Source of the DNA: Nanobdellota archaeon
GTDB lineage: Archaea; Nanobdellota; Nanobdellia; Tiddalikarchaeales; Tiddalikarchaeaceae
NCBI GenBank assembly: GCA_016931175.1
Contig: JAFGFH010000022.1
Span: 17,527 to 81,526, forward strand
Direction: 5' to 3'
Length of the DNA: 64,000 nt
Within the stretch, counting starts at the first letter, position 1. Every line of letters begins with the position of its first letter. Shown piece by piece: positions 19,268 to 28,430 of this stretch. The notes below the pieces were generated by a model. It did not search any database and was not told the origin of the DNA. It saw nothing but the letters and a program-made list of their open reading frames with translations. The translations under genes and the position numbers were made by a program.

Positions 19268-19885
19268 ATGAATGGTTTTGAAGTCTTAAGAACAGTCTAT
19301 GATGAATTAGGCAGGGTTAAACCAACTTTATTCAGGCAGCCTGCCAGGAATACTGTTTTACTCTACTCTGACTGGGAAGAGAAGGTGTCCGCAGTGGACG
19401 AGTATAAAGGGGCGAAGATGGTTAAAAACAGTAAAGGGGATAAGTTAATGCTAAGCCACGGGGTTAGAGTAAAAGTCTTTGACAGGGGAGGCTCGCACTT
19501 AAAAGAGGATGAAAGACTTGAAAGAATAATATTAATGGAGACGCGTTCATGGACAACAGAGTACGAGGAAGACTTCACCTCTTTCGTTAGAGGATGCAGG
19601 GAGTACACTAATACTGCAGTAATAATCTACGCAAATGCTGAATCCATCTCATGTTCTTACATATTCTCTGATTTCTTACTAGAGCATAAAGAACCAATAC
19701 TGGATGATAACGAGAGTATTAATGCAGGAAAGAGAAGTAATTTTATTGGAAACGTTATTAGCATAGAAGTTAAAGAAAATAGTGCGGATACTATAATTAA
19801 ATTCTTATTAAAATCAATAAGTGCTTATGTTAAAGATTATGACAGTTCTAAAGTCATGCAATGGGATTACGAACATTTCAACTAA
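19268..19885 (+). CDS. Hypothetical protein
   Basis: ORF with TTTATAA box about 25 bp before ATG 19268; no motif recognised. Confidence 0.7.
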   Translation: MNGFEVLRTVYDELGRVKPTLFRQPARNTVLLYSDWEEKVSAVDEYKGAKMVKNSKGDKLMLSHGVRVKVFDRGGSHLKEDERLERIILMETRSWTTEYEEDFTSFVRGCREYTNTAVIIYANAESISCSYIFSDFLLEHKEPILDDNESINAGKRSNFIGNVISIEVKENSADTIIKFLLKSISAYVKDYDSSKVMQWDYEHFN

Positions 19886-19886
19886 A

Positions 19887-20600
19887 TTATTCAAGGCTTG
19901 TTTCAAAGACTTGGCTTAAGACTTCAATCGCTTCTGCAGGGATTCCATCTTTTAAGTAGAAGCTTGAACCCAATTCGTAAGCCATAACACCGTCATTAAT
20001 GCATTCAGGGTCAATGTATAAATCCCTAGTTTTAAGCAGAGAATGAGTGTCTAATATTAATCTTATTTGGCCAACGCAATGAGTGGCAGAGTTCACACAA
20101 CTAATTAACTCTTTCCCTTCCCTAAATAATTGAACGTAAGTGAAACCTTCAACTGCTCCCCAAACGCCGCCATTCTCAACACTCTTAATATTATCCTCAA
20201 CTATTTCATTATAATCTTTGTCTGAAGCGTTTAAATTTACAACGTGCATCAACCTCTTAGGAAGAAGTTCTTCTGGAACTGGAAGTAAAGCGTTCGAGAC
20301 ATGGTTTTCTTTGTCCTTTAATATCCTGAAACCGTAATCATAAGCTCTTTTCGCGAACTTAAAGAACCTATTGTCTTTAATGTCTTCACTCTGAGAACGG
20401 TAAGGATTCTGCCTGGCAGAGAACTCCAAGCCTTCAAGGTTCAAGAAACAATAATCATCATCAATACGAGTCCAGAACTCACTCTTTTCAACTGCTTTGC
20501 GCAAGCCGTACTTTAAGAAAGACCTGATAGTAAAACTGTTCTCCAAGTCATCTCCGTGATTAAAATCATCACATGGGTGCAGTAATTTAACTAAACTCAT
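19887..20600 (-). CDS. Divergent KptA/Tpt1-like (RNA 2'-phosphotransferase / ADP-ribosyltransferase fold) protein
   Basis: Motif order SFLKYGLR / P.RLMHV / YVQL / LILD...L / FYL.DGIPAEAI parallels KptA (LSY.LRH / P..LYHGT / YVHL / LEID / L...VP...I); canonical catalytic residues are altered. Confidence 0.5.
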   Translation of the reverse strand: MSLVKLLHPCDDFNHGDDLENSFTIRSFLKYGLRKAVEKSEFWTRIDDDYCFLNLEGLEFSARQNPYRSQSEDIKDNRFFKFAKRAYDYGFRILKDKENHVSNALLPVPEELLPKRLMHVVNLNASDKDYNEIVEDNIKSVENGGVWGAVEGFTYVQLFREGKELISCVNSATHCVGQIRLILDTHSLLKTRDLYIDPECINDGVMAYELGSSFYLKDGIPAEAIEVLSQVFETSLE

Positions 20601-20652
20601 AAATGTTTTATTAGACAAAATTGTTTTTTTAAATCTTTTCAGAAATAATATT

Positions 20653-20757
20653 TGCAGCAGTTAACAGTCGCTCGGGAATTCTTTCGCCGCTTGGCTTGTG
20701 AATATGCTTTTTAGGCAGGGATTCACCATCAATAACCACTGGAGGTTAACTGCTGCA
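20653..20757. ncRNA. Candidate structured RNA (~105 nt) closed by a perfect 13-bp stem
   Basis: TGCAGCAGTTAAC (20653-20665) pairs with GTTAACTGCTGCA (20745-20757); internal hairpin GTGAAT..ATTCAC; GC-richer than the flanks. Confidence 0.5.
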
Positions 20758-20947
20758 TTTTGCGTTGTTCGGTAAATGCTTTGACATGACGATTAATACT
20801 CTTATAATACCACCTCAAACCCCAGTATGAAAATATATATGAGCTGGTTGCTTATAAGTAGTTGTTCCGTTTTTACCTGAAAAAGTGGAAAATTTTACCA
20901 CTATATTATTGAAAGGTTTTAAAAAACAAAAAATTGTAAGGAATAGT

Positions 20948-21592
20948 ATGGATTACGCAGAGTATTACGTTAGGAGGCAGCCTGAGAAGCCAGTATTTAA
21001 CATAGGAAGTGTTACGAAGTGGTTGATTATCATATGCGTTGCTAGTTTCGTGGCAATTTTTTTCATATCTGAAGATACTTTATTATACTATTTCACTTAT
21101 AACAGTGAAACTGTTTTGCAAAACCCTTGGACTTTAATTACTAACGTCTTCGTTCACGGCGACTTGTTCCACTTATTATTCAACTGTTTCGCGTTGTTCA
21201 TGTTCGGCTCACTTGTGGAATTAAGGCACGGCTCAAAGTTTACACTAGTATTATTCTTCTCAAGCGTTATACTCGCAAATATTGTGTTCGGTTTTTTTAA
21301 TCCCGGCATTTACGGGCTTGGAATCAGCGGGTACGTTTATGCTCTGATTGGTGCTGCAGTAATACTCGACCCTCAGGTTAGAGTCTTATTCCCTATTGGT
21401 TTTTTTTACACCACTGCTCCTGTCAGCATTGCCGGACCAATACTTTTCATAACTGAATTAGTTTTCAGTATTGGAAGCACTGACGGCGTCGGCCACGTCG
21501 CGCACGCTGCAGGATTCATAGCTGGAATATTAATAGGGTACGTTCAGAAGAAGAGGAGCCCGCCAGTAATAGAGAAGATTATCAGATATTAA
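20948..21592 (+). CDS. Rhomboid family intramembrane serine protease
   Basis: PWTLIT..FVH...HLLFN, GISG, AHAAG. Confidence 0.93.
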   Translation: MDYAEYYVRRQPEKPVFNIGSVTKWLIIICVASFVAIFFISEDTLLYYFTYNSETVLQNPWTLITNVFVHGDLFHLLFNCFALFMFGSLVELRHGSKFTLVLFFSSVILANIVFGFFNPGIYGLGISGYVYALIGAAVILDPQVRVLFPIGFFYTTAPVSIAGPILFITELVFSIGSTDGVGHVAHAAGFIAGILIGYVQKKRSPPVIEKIIRY

Positions 21593-22100
21593 CACTTCCC
21601 TTTCTTAAAACTACTAATTTATTGTTTTCAAAAATAACTATTGTGCTTGGAGGGTTATGGTCCAACTCGTCAATGTCAATAACTTTGTTAACTGCTCTTA
21701 TTATACTCCTTGGTATGTCATCAATACTGTAAGGATTCTTGCCACCGCTAATGTTAGCGCTAGTGCTTATAATAGGCGCGTTTAACTGTTTTATTAACTT
21801 GTTAGGTATTGGATGAGGACTCCACCTGACGGCTACGTCTTGTTTTGACAACATATCAGGCACTGAAGCCTTCTTGGGTTGTATTATAGTTAAAGGTCCG
21901 GGCCAGTACTCTTCTGCCAATTTAAGAGCCTCAGGACTTACTTCTGCTATACTCTTCCACATCTCAATACTGTTAACTAATACTATTAACGGCTTTTCAG
22001 AATCCCTCTTCTTTAATTCATAGATTTTCTTGATTCCTGCTTCGTCAAAGGCGCTGCAGCCCAGTCCATAACAGGTTTCAGTAGGGTAGATAAACAGCAT
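21582..22100 (-). CDS. tsaC: Threonylcarbamoyl-AMP synthase (TsaC/YrdC domain only)
   Basis: YPTETCYGLG, K.R...KPL, WPGPLT, STSANISG. Confidence 0.93.
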   Translation of the reverse strand: MLFIYPTETCYGLGCSAFDEAGIKKIYELKKRDSEKPLIVLVNSIEMWKSIAEVSPEALKLAEEYWPGPLTIIQPKKASVPDMLSKQDVAVRWSPHPIPNKLIKQLNAPIISTSANISGGKNPYSIDDIPRSIIRAVNKVIDIDELDHNPPSTIVIFENNKLVVLRKGSVNI

Positions 22101-22133
22101 AGTAAAAAAATATTTTCAGAAGTATTATAAAGA

Positions 22134-22442
22134 TTATTCTCTTATCTCCATTTCCACGTTAACTCCCTTAGGTATTGGTATTCTCATTATTAATCTTAAT
22201 GCCATCTCGTTAACTCCCAAGTCTATCACGCGTTTAGAGATTCTCATATGCCAAGTCTCGTAAGACTCTCTCCCTGCACCGCAAGGGCACTTCCTAACAG
22301 GCACTTTCAAGTCCTGCCTAGGCAAAGGTATTGGTCCTTTCATCTTAACCTTCATCCTATCTGCTATGTCTTTTATCTGACCGCAGATCTCATCCAGCTG
22401 CACAGGGTCAGTACTTGATAGTTTTACTCTAACACTTGACAT
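22134..22442 (-). CDS. rps10: 30S ribosomal protein uS10
   Basis: KGPIPLP, MRISKRVID; follows tuf. Confidence 0.95.
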   Translation of the reverse strand: MSSVRVKLSSTDPVQLDEICGQIKDIADRMKVKMKGPIPLPRQDLKVPVRKCPCGAGRESYETWHMRISKRVIDLGVNEMALRLIMRIPIPKGVNVEMEIRE

Positions 22443-22529
22443 TGTAATCTCTAAATAAAAAAGAGCGGTTTAAAAACGTTTCTGTTAAAATACTAATTAA
22501 AAAAATAAAGAAAGTGGTGAGAAGCAGTT

Positions 22530-23804
22530 TTATGCTTTCTCAACCTTGGTACAGACTCCTGCACCTACAGTCATTCCCATATCCCTTATAGCGAAAGTAG
22601 CCATTTGAGGGATTGTGTCTTTCTGTTCCATAACCATTGGCCTGCTAGGTTCGAAGACAACGATTGCTGCATCTCCTCTCTTAATAAAGTCCGGCTTCTC
22701 TTCCTTTACAGCACCAGTTCTTGGGTCAAGCTTTGCCTGTATCTCTACGATTTTACAAGCTACTTGAGCAGTTCCTGCGTGCAGTACTGGAGTATAACCG
22801 ACTGTTATTACAGTAGGGTGCTGCAGTACCATAATCTGCGCCTTGAACTTTTTCGCAACTGTTGGCGGGTTATCTGCTGGGCCAAGAACGCTTCCGCGCC
22901 TTATATCCCCCTTTCCGATTCCACGAACGTTGAATCCAATGTTATCACCTGGCTCAGCTTCCTGAACCGATTCGTGATGCATTTCTATAGTCTTTAGTTC
23001 TCCGCCAACATTCTCTGGCATGAAAACTACTTTGCTTCCAACCTTCATTACACCAGTCTCTACCCTGCCTACTGGAACTGTTCCAATACCAGTTATTGTG
23101 TAAACGTCCTGAACTGGAACTCTCAAAGGCAAGTTAGTTGGCTTCTCTGGAGGACTGAACGAGTCAATCTGCTCTAAAAGAGTTGGGCCTTTGTACCAAG
23201 GAGTCTTAGGTCCTTTAGCCTTAACATTAGTAGCATCTGCGTCAACAGCGCTTGTTGGTATAAAGTTGATATCATCAGCTTTGTAACCAACGTTAGCCAG
23301 TAATTTCTTCAAATCCTCAACTACTGCTTTGTATTTAGCTTCGTCGTAGTTGATAGTATCTATTTTGTTTATAGCAACTGCTAATTGTTTTACTCCTTGA
23401 GTTTTTAACAAGAAGACGTGTTCTGTAGTCTGTGGCTGAACACCTTCACCAGCAGCTACTATAAGCATAGCAGCGTCTGCCTGACTTGCACCAGTAATCA
23501 TGTTCTTAATAAAGTCCTTGTGTCCTGGAGCGTCGATAAGTGTTACTTCATACTTTGGAGTCTCGAATTTCTTGTGAGCTAAGTCAATAGTAACTCCTCT
23601 CTTTCTCTCTTCTGGAGAAGCGTCCAAGGCATAAGCGTACTCCCAAGTAGACTTACCAAGTTCTGAAGCTAACTTCTTGAACTTGTCTAACTCTTGGGTG
23701 CTAACAACACCAGTTTCGAACAACATTCTTCCCATTAAAGTTGATTTACCGTGGTCAACGTGACCGACGAAAACCAAGTTTAAATGTGGTTTTTGTTTAG
23801 CCAT
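22530..23804 (-). CDS. tuf: Elongation factor EF-1 alpha
   Basis: [31 protein letters not shown]. Confidence 0.98.
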   Translation of the reverse strand: MAKQKPHLNLVFVGHVDHGKSTLMGRMLFETGVVSTQELDKFKKLASELGKSTWEYAYALDASPEERKRGVTIDLAHKKFETPKYEVTLIDAPGHKDFIKNMITGASQADAAMLIVAAGEGVQPQTTEHVFLLKTQGVKQLAVAINKIDTINYDEAKYKAVVEDLKKLLANVGYKADDINFIPTSAVDADATNVKAKGPKTPWYKGPTLLEQIDSFSPPEKPTNLPLRVPVQDVYTITGIGTVPVGRVETGVMKVGSKVVFMPENVGGELKTIEMHHESVQEAEPGDNIGFNVRGIGKGDIRRGSVLGPADNPPTVAKKFKAQIMVLQHPTVITVGYTPVLHAGTAQVACKIVEIQAKLDPRTGAVKEEKPDFIKRGDAAIVVFEPSRPMVMEQKDTIPQMATFAIRDMGMTVGAGVCTKVEKA

Positions 23805-23907
23805 TTTTTCATTTCACCTATATTTAATATAGATAAATCTGAATTTAGTGTTTTTAAACATTGCTATTTTATTGGATTAAACATGTTTTAACGAGATTTT
23901 AAGCATT

Positions 23908-24450
23908 TCAGACAAGCCCAATACTTGCAAGCAAGTATAGTATTACTATTATTGCAAGAGTTGCTGACAACATTCGAAGTATGCTTTTAATAATACTCTG
24001 CCGGCCAATCCTTGCAATCAGAACACCAAGCAGTGAGACTAAAACTACTGCTAATGAAAAGCTTGCAAAGTAAGACCAAGGAATGGGAAGCAGGAAGAAA
24101 GGTATTATCAAAGCAATCATGGAAAGGAAAGGAGACAATCCGTCAACCAAGCCGATTATTAAAGAGGTTCTCATGTTCTCTTTAACAACCCTGCTAGTCC
24201 TCTTCAAACCTTTTTCTAAAACGTCAAACTTGCGCTCAGCACGTTCTGTAAGGTAAGCTCCCCAGAAGCCTGAAACTCCCATGGCAATTCCTGAACCAAG
24301 ACAGGATAATACTATTACTTAAACGTTTGAGACTCCTCCAATCATTAAGGCAATAAGGATACCAAGAACGGTTAATACCCCGTCAAAACTGTTCATAATA
24401 AAATAACGCCTTATAATCTCGTCCTTGAACAAACCCTTGAAATCCTTCAT
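23908..24450 (-). pseudogene. VIT1/CCC1-like membrane transporter interrupted by an in-frame TAA
   Basis: From ATG 24450 reads MKDFKGLFKDEIIRRYFIMNSFDGVLTVLG...SNV*VIVLSCLGSGIAMGVSGFWGAYLTE; single TAA at 24319-24321. Confidence 0.8.
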
Positions 24451-24560
24451 TGTCTATTTATAATATTAGGTGGGTAATAAAGTTTTTGAGGGAACAATTA
24501 ATTTTTTACAATATGGTAAATAAATAAGGTTTATAACCTTAGTAATTTATCCATTAAAGC

Positions 24561-24932
24561 ATGAGTGAGTCAGGAATCGTTTCAGAGCTTGAACTTTTAG
24601 GAGAGCTTGAGTCTAACCTGAAGATTTTAAACTCCTTCCCTCAGGGAAATTATTTATCCAGCGAGCAGTTCTCGGACTGGAGCAACATGATTAATTATTA
24701 TATTAAGATTAAGGAGTCTAATAGTTCGAACACTGAGTTGATGGATTTCTGCGAAGACTTTGTTGAATACTCTTACTGTTATGCTCTTGCAATAAGGGCT
24801 GGCCTTGAAAACAATGACAGGAATAAGAGGTTCAAGGAGTTCCAGCAAACAGTGTCAAAATACACTGTTAAGCAGAAAGCTCCTAATTTCGCGACTAAAG
24901 AGCAGATGGAGTCTTTCTTAAAGCATAAGTAA
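24561..24932 (+). CDS. Hypothetical protein
   Basis: 123-aa ORF, TTTATAA about 25 bp upstream. Confidence 0.65.
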   Translation: MSESGIVSELELLGELESNLKILNSFPQGNYLSSEQFSDWSNMINYYIKIKESNSSNTELMDFCEDFVEYSYCYALAIRAGLENNDRNKRFKEFQQTVSKYTVKQKAPNFATKEQMESFLKHK

Positions 24933-24993
24933 TTCTTTTAAATCTTACTATGCTGCGTCAGTTTTTTAAAACTATTTTTCTCTTAAGTTATTT

Positions 24994-25206
24994 ATGGAAT
25001 CGAAAGGTATGATAGTTTATAAACTAAGAGCTTTGAGAGCAGTAACTGATGAGATGGCAAGGAGTATTGCATTAGGAGGCTACACTATTGAGGACGTTAT
25101 TCAAGAACCGAAACTGTTGCATTGCGTGTTCACAAAAGACCAGGTTGAAGAGGTAATCTACTACAACAAGCCAATACTCTGGCGTTATAGAAAAAATAAA
25201 GAATAG
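24994..25206 (+). CDS. Small hypothetical protein
   Basis: 70-aa ORF, TTTTAAAA about 25 bp upstream. Confidence 0.6.
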   Translation: MESKGMIVYKLRALRAVTDEMARSIALGGYTIEDVIQEPKLLHCVFTKDQVEEVIYYNKPILWRYRKNKE

Positions 25207-25222
25207 TTGAGAACTTTTTTTT

Positions 25223-27409
25223 TTACTGGTTCTCGCTCAGTCCTTTTCTCGTTCTTACCTTGGTTATAATGTCTTGCTGCATGCTTCTTGGCAGTTGTTC
25301 AAACTTAGAGTCTACGAGGCTCCATACTCCTCTTCCTTCTGTTACGCTTCTCAAGTCTCCTGTGAATCCGAAGCTTTCATTGACTGGTATTCTCGCAGTA
25401 ACGATTAATTCTTCACCCTCGAATTCAGTGTCGAGTAGTTGTCCTCTTCTGCCTCCAATCAGTTTGCTTATGTTTCCCATGTAAGTGTTCGGAGCATCGA
25501 TTCTTATCTGCTGAACAGGCTCTCTTATTATAGGACTTGCTTCCCTGAACGCTTCCTTTAGTCCGTCTCTTACAGCTGGTATTATCTGCGCTGGTCCCCT
25601 GTGTATGCTGTCCTCGTGGAGTTTAACATCAACTAGTGATACTTTTACTCCTATTACTGGCTCACGGCATAACGGGCCCTCCTTCATAACCTGCTCGAAG
25701 GCGTCAAGTACTGTTTCCATGATTTCAATCATGTGAACCTCACCTTTCGTCTTGTCAACGAACACGTTGCCCTGGAAGATGTCCTTGACTGATTTCGCCT
25801 CTTCCTTGTCCATTCCAGCATTCGCGAGAGCCTCCCATACTTTCTGGTCCTTCTTCTTTATTCTGCCTTCTGAAATCTCTCCCTCGTTTATTGACTTATA
25901 AACTCCTTCCTCTAATGGCTCCACGTATAAGTAGAACTTGTTGTGCTTGTTAGGGCTCTTTCCTTCAACCTCGTTAGGGTTCTTAGCGCTAACACCTTCA
26001 CGATAAACTACGATTGGCGGGCTGACCTTTACTTCAAGCTTCCTCTCCTTGATTATTCTCCTGTCTATTACATCCTCTAAATGCAATTCACCTAGTCCGC
26101 TTATCAAGTGCTCACCGGTTTCTTCATTAATAGTAATCTGAACAGTCGGGTCTTCCTTGCTCACATCCCTTAATACCTGGATTAGTTTTGGCAGGTCTGC
26201 CGGGTTCTTTGCCTCAATAGCTTTGGTAACTACTGGGTCAAATATGTGCTTGATAGCTTCGAAAGGTGTTATGCTAGTCTTGCTGATAGTCTCACCGCTT
26301 GTTGCATTCTTTATTCCAATAATTGCTGCAGTGTTGCCTACTGGTATGCTGTCCAGTGGAACCCTCTTACCGCAGACCATTATGAATACTTTCTGCGCTT
26401 TCTGCTTGCCAGTCTTTGATAATATAACCTCTTCTCCCTCATGCAGTACTCCTGAGAATACTCTACCGAATACTAGTTCTCCAAATGTTGGGTCTGTTGT
26501 TATCTTGGTTACTACGAATACTAGTTCACCGTTAGGGTCGCAGTTCACTAATGATTTACCAACAGCTGATTCCAAGTCTCCTCTCCACAAGTGAGGCACC
26601 CTGTACTTCTGAGCCTTGTCAGGACCTGGGTGGTGCCCGATAGTCATGTCCAATACTACCTCGTGCAATGGTGCTTTTTCTGCAAGTTTTTCAACCTTTT
26701 CTTTTATCTCATCCTCGCTTCCAGTGTAAGCGTCTATAACATCTTTGAATGATAATCCCTTCTTCTGCATCTGGGGTATGCTTAAAGCCCATTTGTGGAA
26801 TGCGCTTCCGAATGCTACGCTTCCGTCCTCAACCCTTACTTGCCACTCTTTTTTGAAATCAGCAGGCGCGAGTGCAGCTATCATCTTGTTAACCTTCATT
26901 ATTGTCTTAATGAATCTCTGCTGCATTTGTTCAGGAGTAATCTTTAACTCCTTCAATAACCTGTCAACCTTGTTTATGAATAATACAGGCTTGACTCTTT
27001 CCCTGATTGATTGCTTTAATACTGTCTCTGTCTGGGGCATTACTCCCTCAACAGCGCATACTACGACTAGTGAGCCGTCAACAGCTCTTAGTGAACGAGT
27101 TACTTCTCCTCCGAAGTCAACGTGTCCTGGAGTGTCAATTAAGTTGATTAAGTAATAATTATCCTTGTAGTGGTGAATCATGGTAACAGCGGTTGCGAGA
27201 ATAGTTATTCCTCTCTGCTGCTCCTCCTCTAAGAGGTCTGTTCCCCTGGCCTGGCCTGCTACTTTGCTTGATAATAACCCAGCACCTGCAAGTAATGAAT
27301 CGCTTAAAGTGCTCTTACCGTGGTCAATGTGAGCTATTATGCCAAGATTTCTTATCTGACTCGGCTGCTTCATTAAGTCCTTAATGTTAATTTCTTCTTT
27401 CTTTGCCAA
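25223..27409 (-). CDS. fusA: Elongation factor EF-2
   Basis: AHIDHGKS, RGIT, DTPGH, NKVD, diphthamide loop HEDSIHRG; TTG start with SD AGGTGAT. Confidence 0.98.
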   Translation of the reverse strand: MAKKEEINIKDLMKQPSQIRNLGIIAHIDHGKSTLSDSLLAGAGLLSSKVAGQARGTDLLEEEQQRGITILATAVTMIHHYKDNYYLINLIDTPGHVDFGGEVTRSLRAVDGSLVVVCAVEGVMPQTETVLKQSIRERVKPVLFINKVDRLLKELKITPEQMQQRFIKTIMKVNKMIAALAPADFKKEWQVRVEDGSVAFGSAFHKWALSIPQMQKKGLSFKDVIDAYTGSEDEIKEKVEKLAEKAPLHEVVLDMTIGHHPGPDKAQKYRVPHLWRGDLESAVGKSLVNCDPNGELVFVVTKITTDPTFGELVFGRVFSGVLHEGEEVILSKTGKQKAQKVFIMVCGKRVPLDSIPVGNTAAIIGIKNATSGETISKTSITPFEAIKHIFDPVVTKAIEAKNPADLPKLIQVLRDVSKEDPTVQITINEETGEHLISGLGELHLEDVIDRRIIKERKLEVKVSPPIVVYREGVSAKNPNEVEGKSPNKHNKFYLYVEPLEEGVYKSINEGEISEGRIKKKDQKVWEALANAGMDKEEAKSVKDIFQGNVFVDKTKGEVHMIEIMETVLDAFEQVMKEGPLCREPVIGVKVSLVDVKLHEDSIHRGPAQIIPAVRDGLKEAFREASPIIREPVQQIRIDAPNTYMGNISKLIGGRRGQLLDTEFEGEELIVTARIPVNESFGFTGDLRSVTEGRGVWSLVDSKFEQLPRSMQQDIITKVRTRKGLSENQ

Positions 27410-27464
27410 AACCTTATCACCTTATTTTTTCAATAACAAAAATAACTTTAAAGGTTTTATAAAG

Positions 27465-27971
27465 TTAACTGATATAAGCGGGTGCAGAAGTGCTTGTTGG
27501 AACAGGATTTACTTTTTCACGAGCCTTCTCGTTTATCTCCTCAGCTGCAGTGTTAACTAACAGGTTATACTCTTCCTTAGTCTTAGGAGGGTAATTCATA
27601 AAATACTTGTTCCAATTCTTGCAGTAATTGTTCAATAAGTCCTTGGCAGTATTATCATCCCTTATATCAGAGTCTAAGTTGGTGTAAACCCTGTCAGTAA
27701 AATCGTTAGTGTTAATCTTTTCACTCTTAACTATGCTCTCTAAACCGCTTTTTTGATTATTAATTACTTTAGGATTACTTTTCACAGTCTTAGGCTTTGC
27801 CAAGTACTTGCTTGCCTGGTTAGTACTAGCAGCTCCGTAAGTCATTATGCTCCCGAATATGAATGCTAGAGGTGCGAATATCGGCGCTGCTATGCAAGCG
27901 GTGAAGTACGCGAAAACTCCTGAAGCGCTTAATCCTCCAAGGTAAGTTATTGCTTTTCCTGCTTTTACCAT
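27465..27971 (-). CDS. Hypothetical protein with N-terminal hydrophobic hairpin
   Basis: Two hydrophobic segments followed by a soluble tail. Confidence 0.65.
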   Translation of the reverse strand: MVKAGKAITYLGGLSASGVFAYFTACIAAPIFAPLAFIFGSIMTYGAASTNQASKYLAKPKTVKSNPKVINNQKSGLESIVKSEKINTNDFTDRVYTNLDSDIRDDNTAKDLLNNYCKNWNKYFMNYPPKTKEEYNLLVNTAAEEINEKAREKVNPVPTSTSAPAYIS

Positions 27972-28070
27972 GCATTATTTTAGAACAAAATCTACTTAAA
28001 AATGTTACTAAGCAGTAGTGACACTTCTTGGGGGAAAGTTTTTTATTATGGATTCTTTTCTTGAAAATTT

Positions 28071-28430
28071 ATGAGTTTCAAGAGTGTTTTGGATCTGGAT
28101 TTTTTAATGATGGATTTGTCACTAGTTTATGAGACGAATAGTGTGTGCAGGGAGGAGATTTTATACGCTGGCGGGAAGAAGATTATAGAAACCCATTATA
28201 CTGTAGAAGGTAAAATGTTCCAATTGAAAGAGAATGATAAGGGTTTTATTCTTAAGAGCAGTGATTCAGTTATTAAAGTTGATAACCTGCTTGAAGCAGT
28301 TAAAAGGGTTTACTTAAAGATTAACTGGAAGCGTTTCAAGAATCAGATAACAAGTGCTGGTTTTGACTGGGAAGAGTTCTACAAAGAGGTTAAGATTAAA
28401 AAACACATGATTAAAAAAGAAGAGATTTAA
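28071..28430 (+). CDS. Hypothetical protein
   Basis: 119-aa ORF. Confidence 0.6.
   Translation: MSFKSVLDLDFLMMDLSLVYETNSVCREEILYAGGKKIIETHYTVEGKMFQLKENDKGFILKSSDSVIKVDNLLEAVKRVYLKINWKRFKNQITSAGFDWEEFYKEVKIKKHMIKKEEI

Noticed and set aside
20653-20757. Retron msr-msd, 5S rRNA, SRP RNA or riboswitch
   Set aside because: There is no reverse transcriptase in the window and none of the diagnostic sequence motifs could be matched; kept only as an unassigned ncRNA candidate.
24319-24321. Stop-codon reassignment, selenocysteine or pyrrolysine
   Set aside because: The codon is TAA, which terminates many conserved genes here; Sec and Pyl use TGA and TAG.
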